In this document: positions 63,812 to 64,000 of the stretch, one piece after another | Numbering within the stretch: position 1 is the stretch's first letter | Layout of the letters: every line of letters begins with the position of its first letter | Assembly (NCBI RefSeq): GCF_004010195.1 | Contig: NC_057718.1 | Location: forward strand, 5,354,325 to 5,418,324 | Length of the DNA stretch: 64,000 bases | Source of the DNA: Chiloscyllium plagiosum | Taxonomy: Eukaryota | Direction: 5' to 3' | Notes under the pieces: generated by a model | What the model was told of the DNA's origin: nothing | Databases searched by the model: none | Seen by the model: the letters and a program-made list of their open reading frames with translations, nothing else | Translations under genes and position numbers: made by a program

Positions 63812-64000
63812 AATTCTAAATATCAATTTCTATTTACATGCAGCCAAATCAAAAGCGAACTCAAACAGAGACTGCAGTTCTCCCCCTCAGTGCTAACTAA
63901 ATGGTGGCATTGGGACCAACAAATATTTTACATTCTGCAAGGTACCAGACCCATGTGTCATTGTGATTCTGGTTTGTAGCCCTAGTCGCAGATGCTCCAT

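Overview
This is repeat-dense vertebrate genomic DNA, most likely from a shark or other cartilaginous fish. That assignment is inferred from HE1-type V-SINEs, Deu-domain SINEs and abundant CR1 LINEs. No host protein-coding gene can be identified with confidence; only weak candidate exons were seen (best pair at 2932-2968 and 3890). Almost all ORFs in the track are transposon fragments or chance ORFs. The window holds: (i) a 2.2-kb Penelope-like element (RT + GIY-YIG) with an inverted pseudo-LTR and a 14-bp TSD; (ii) a dozen short Penelope-derived insertions from several families, mostly fold-back, with 10-16-bp TSDs and remnants of minimal hammerhead-ribozyme motifs whose stems covary between families; (iii) a ~4-kb CR1 (ORF1 esterase end, APE, RT) nested in an LTR-like repeat, plus many CR1 fragments; (iv) L2/CR1-group LINE fragments and a tRNA-like SINE sharing their 3' tail; (v) solo LTRs; (vi) a 24-bp satellite beside a 500-N gap; (vii) a recent 128-bp inverted duplication and a ~0.5-kb tandem duplication that preserves an empty SINE insertion site. 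All family names come from my recognition of motifs, not from database searches.
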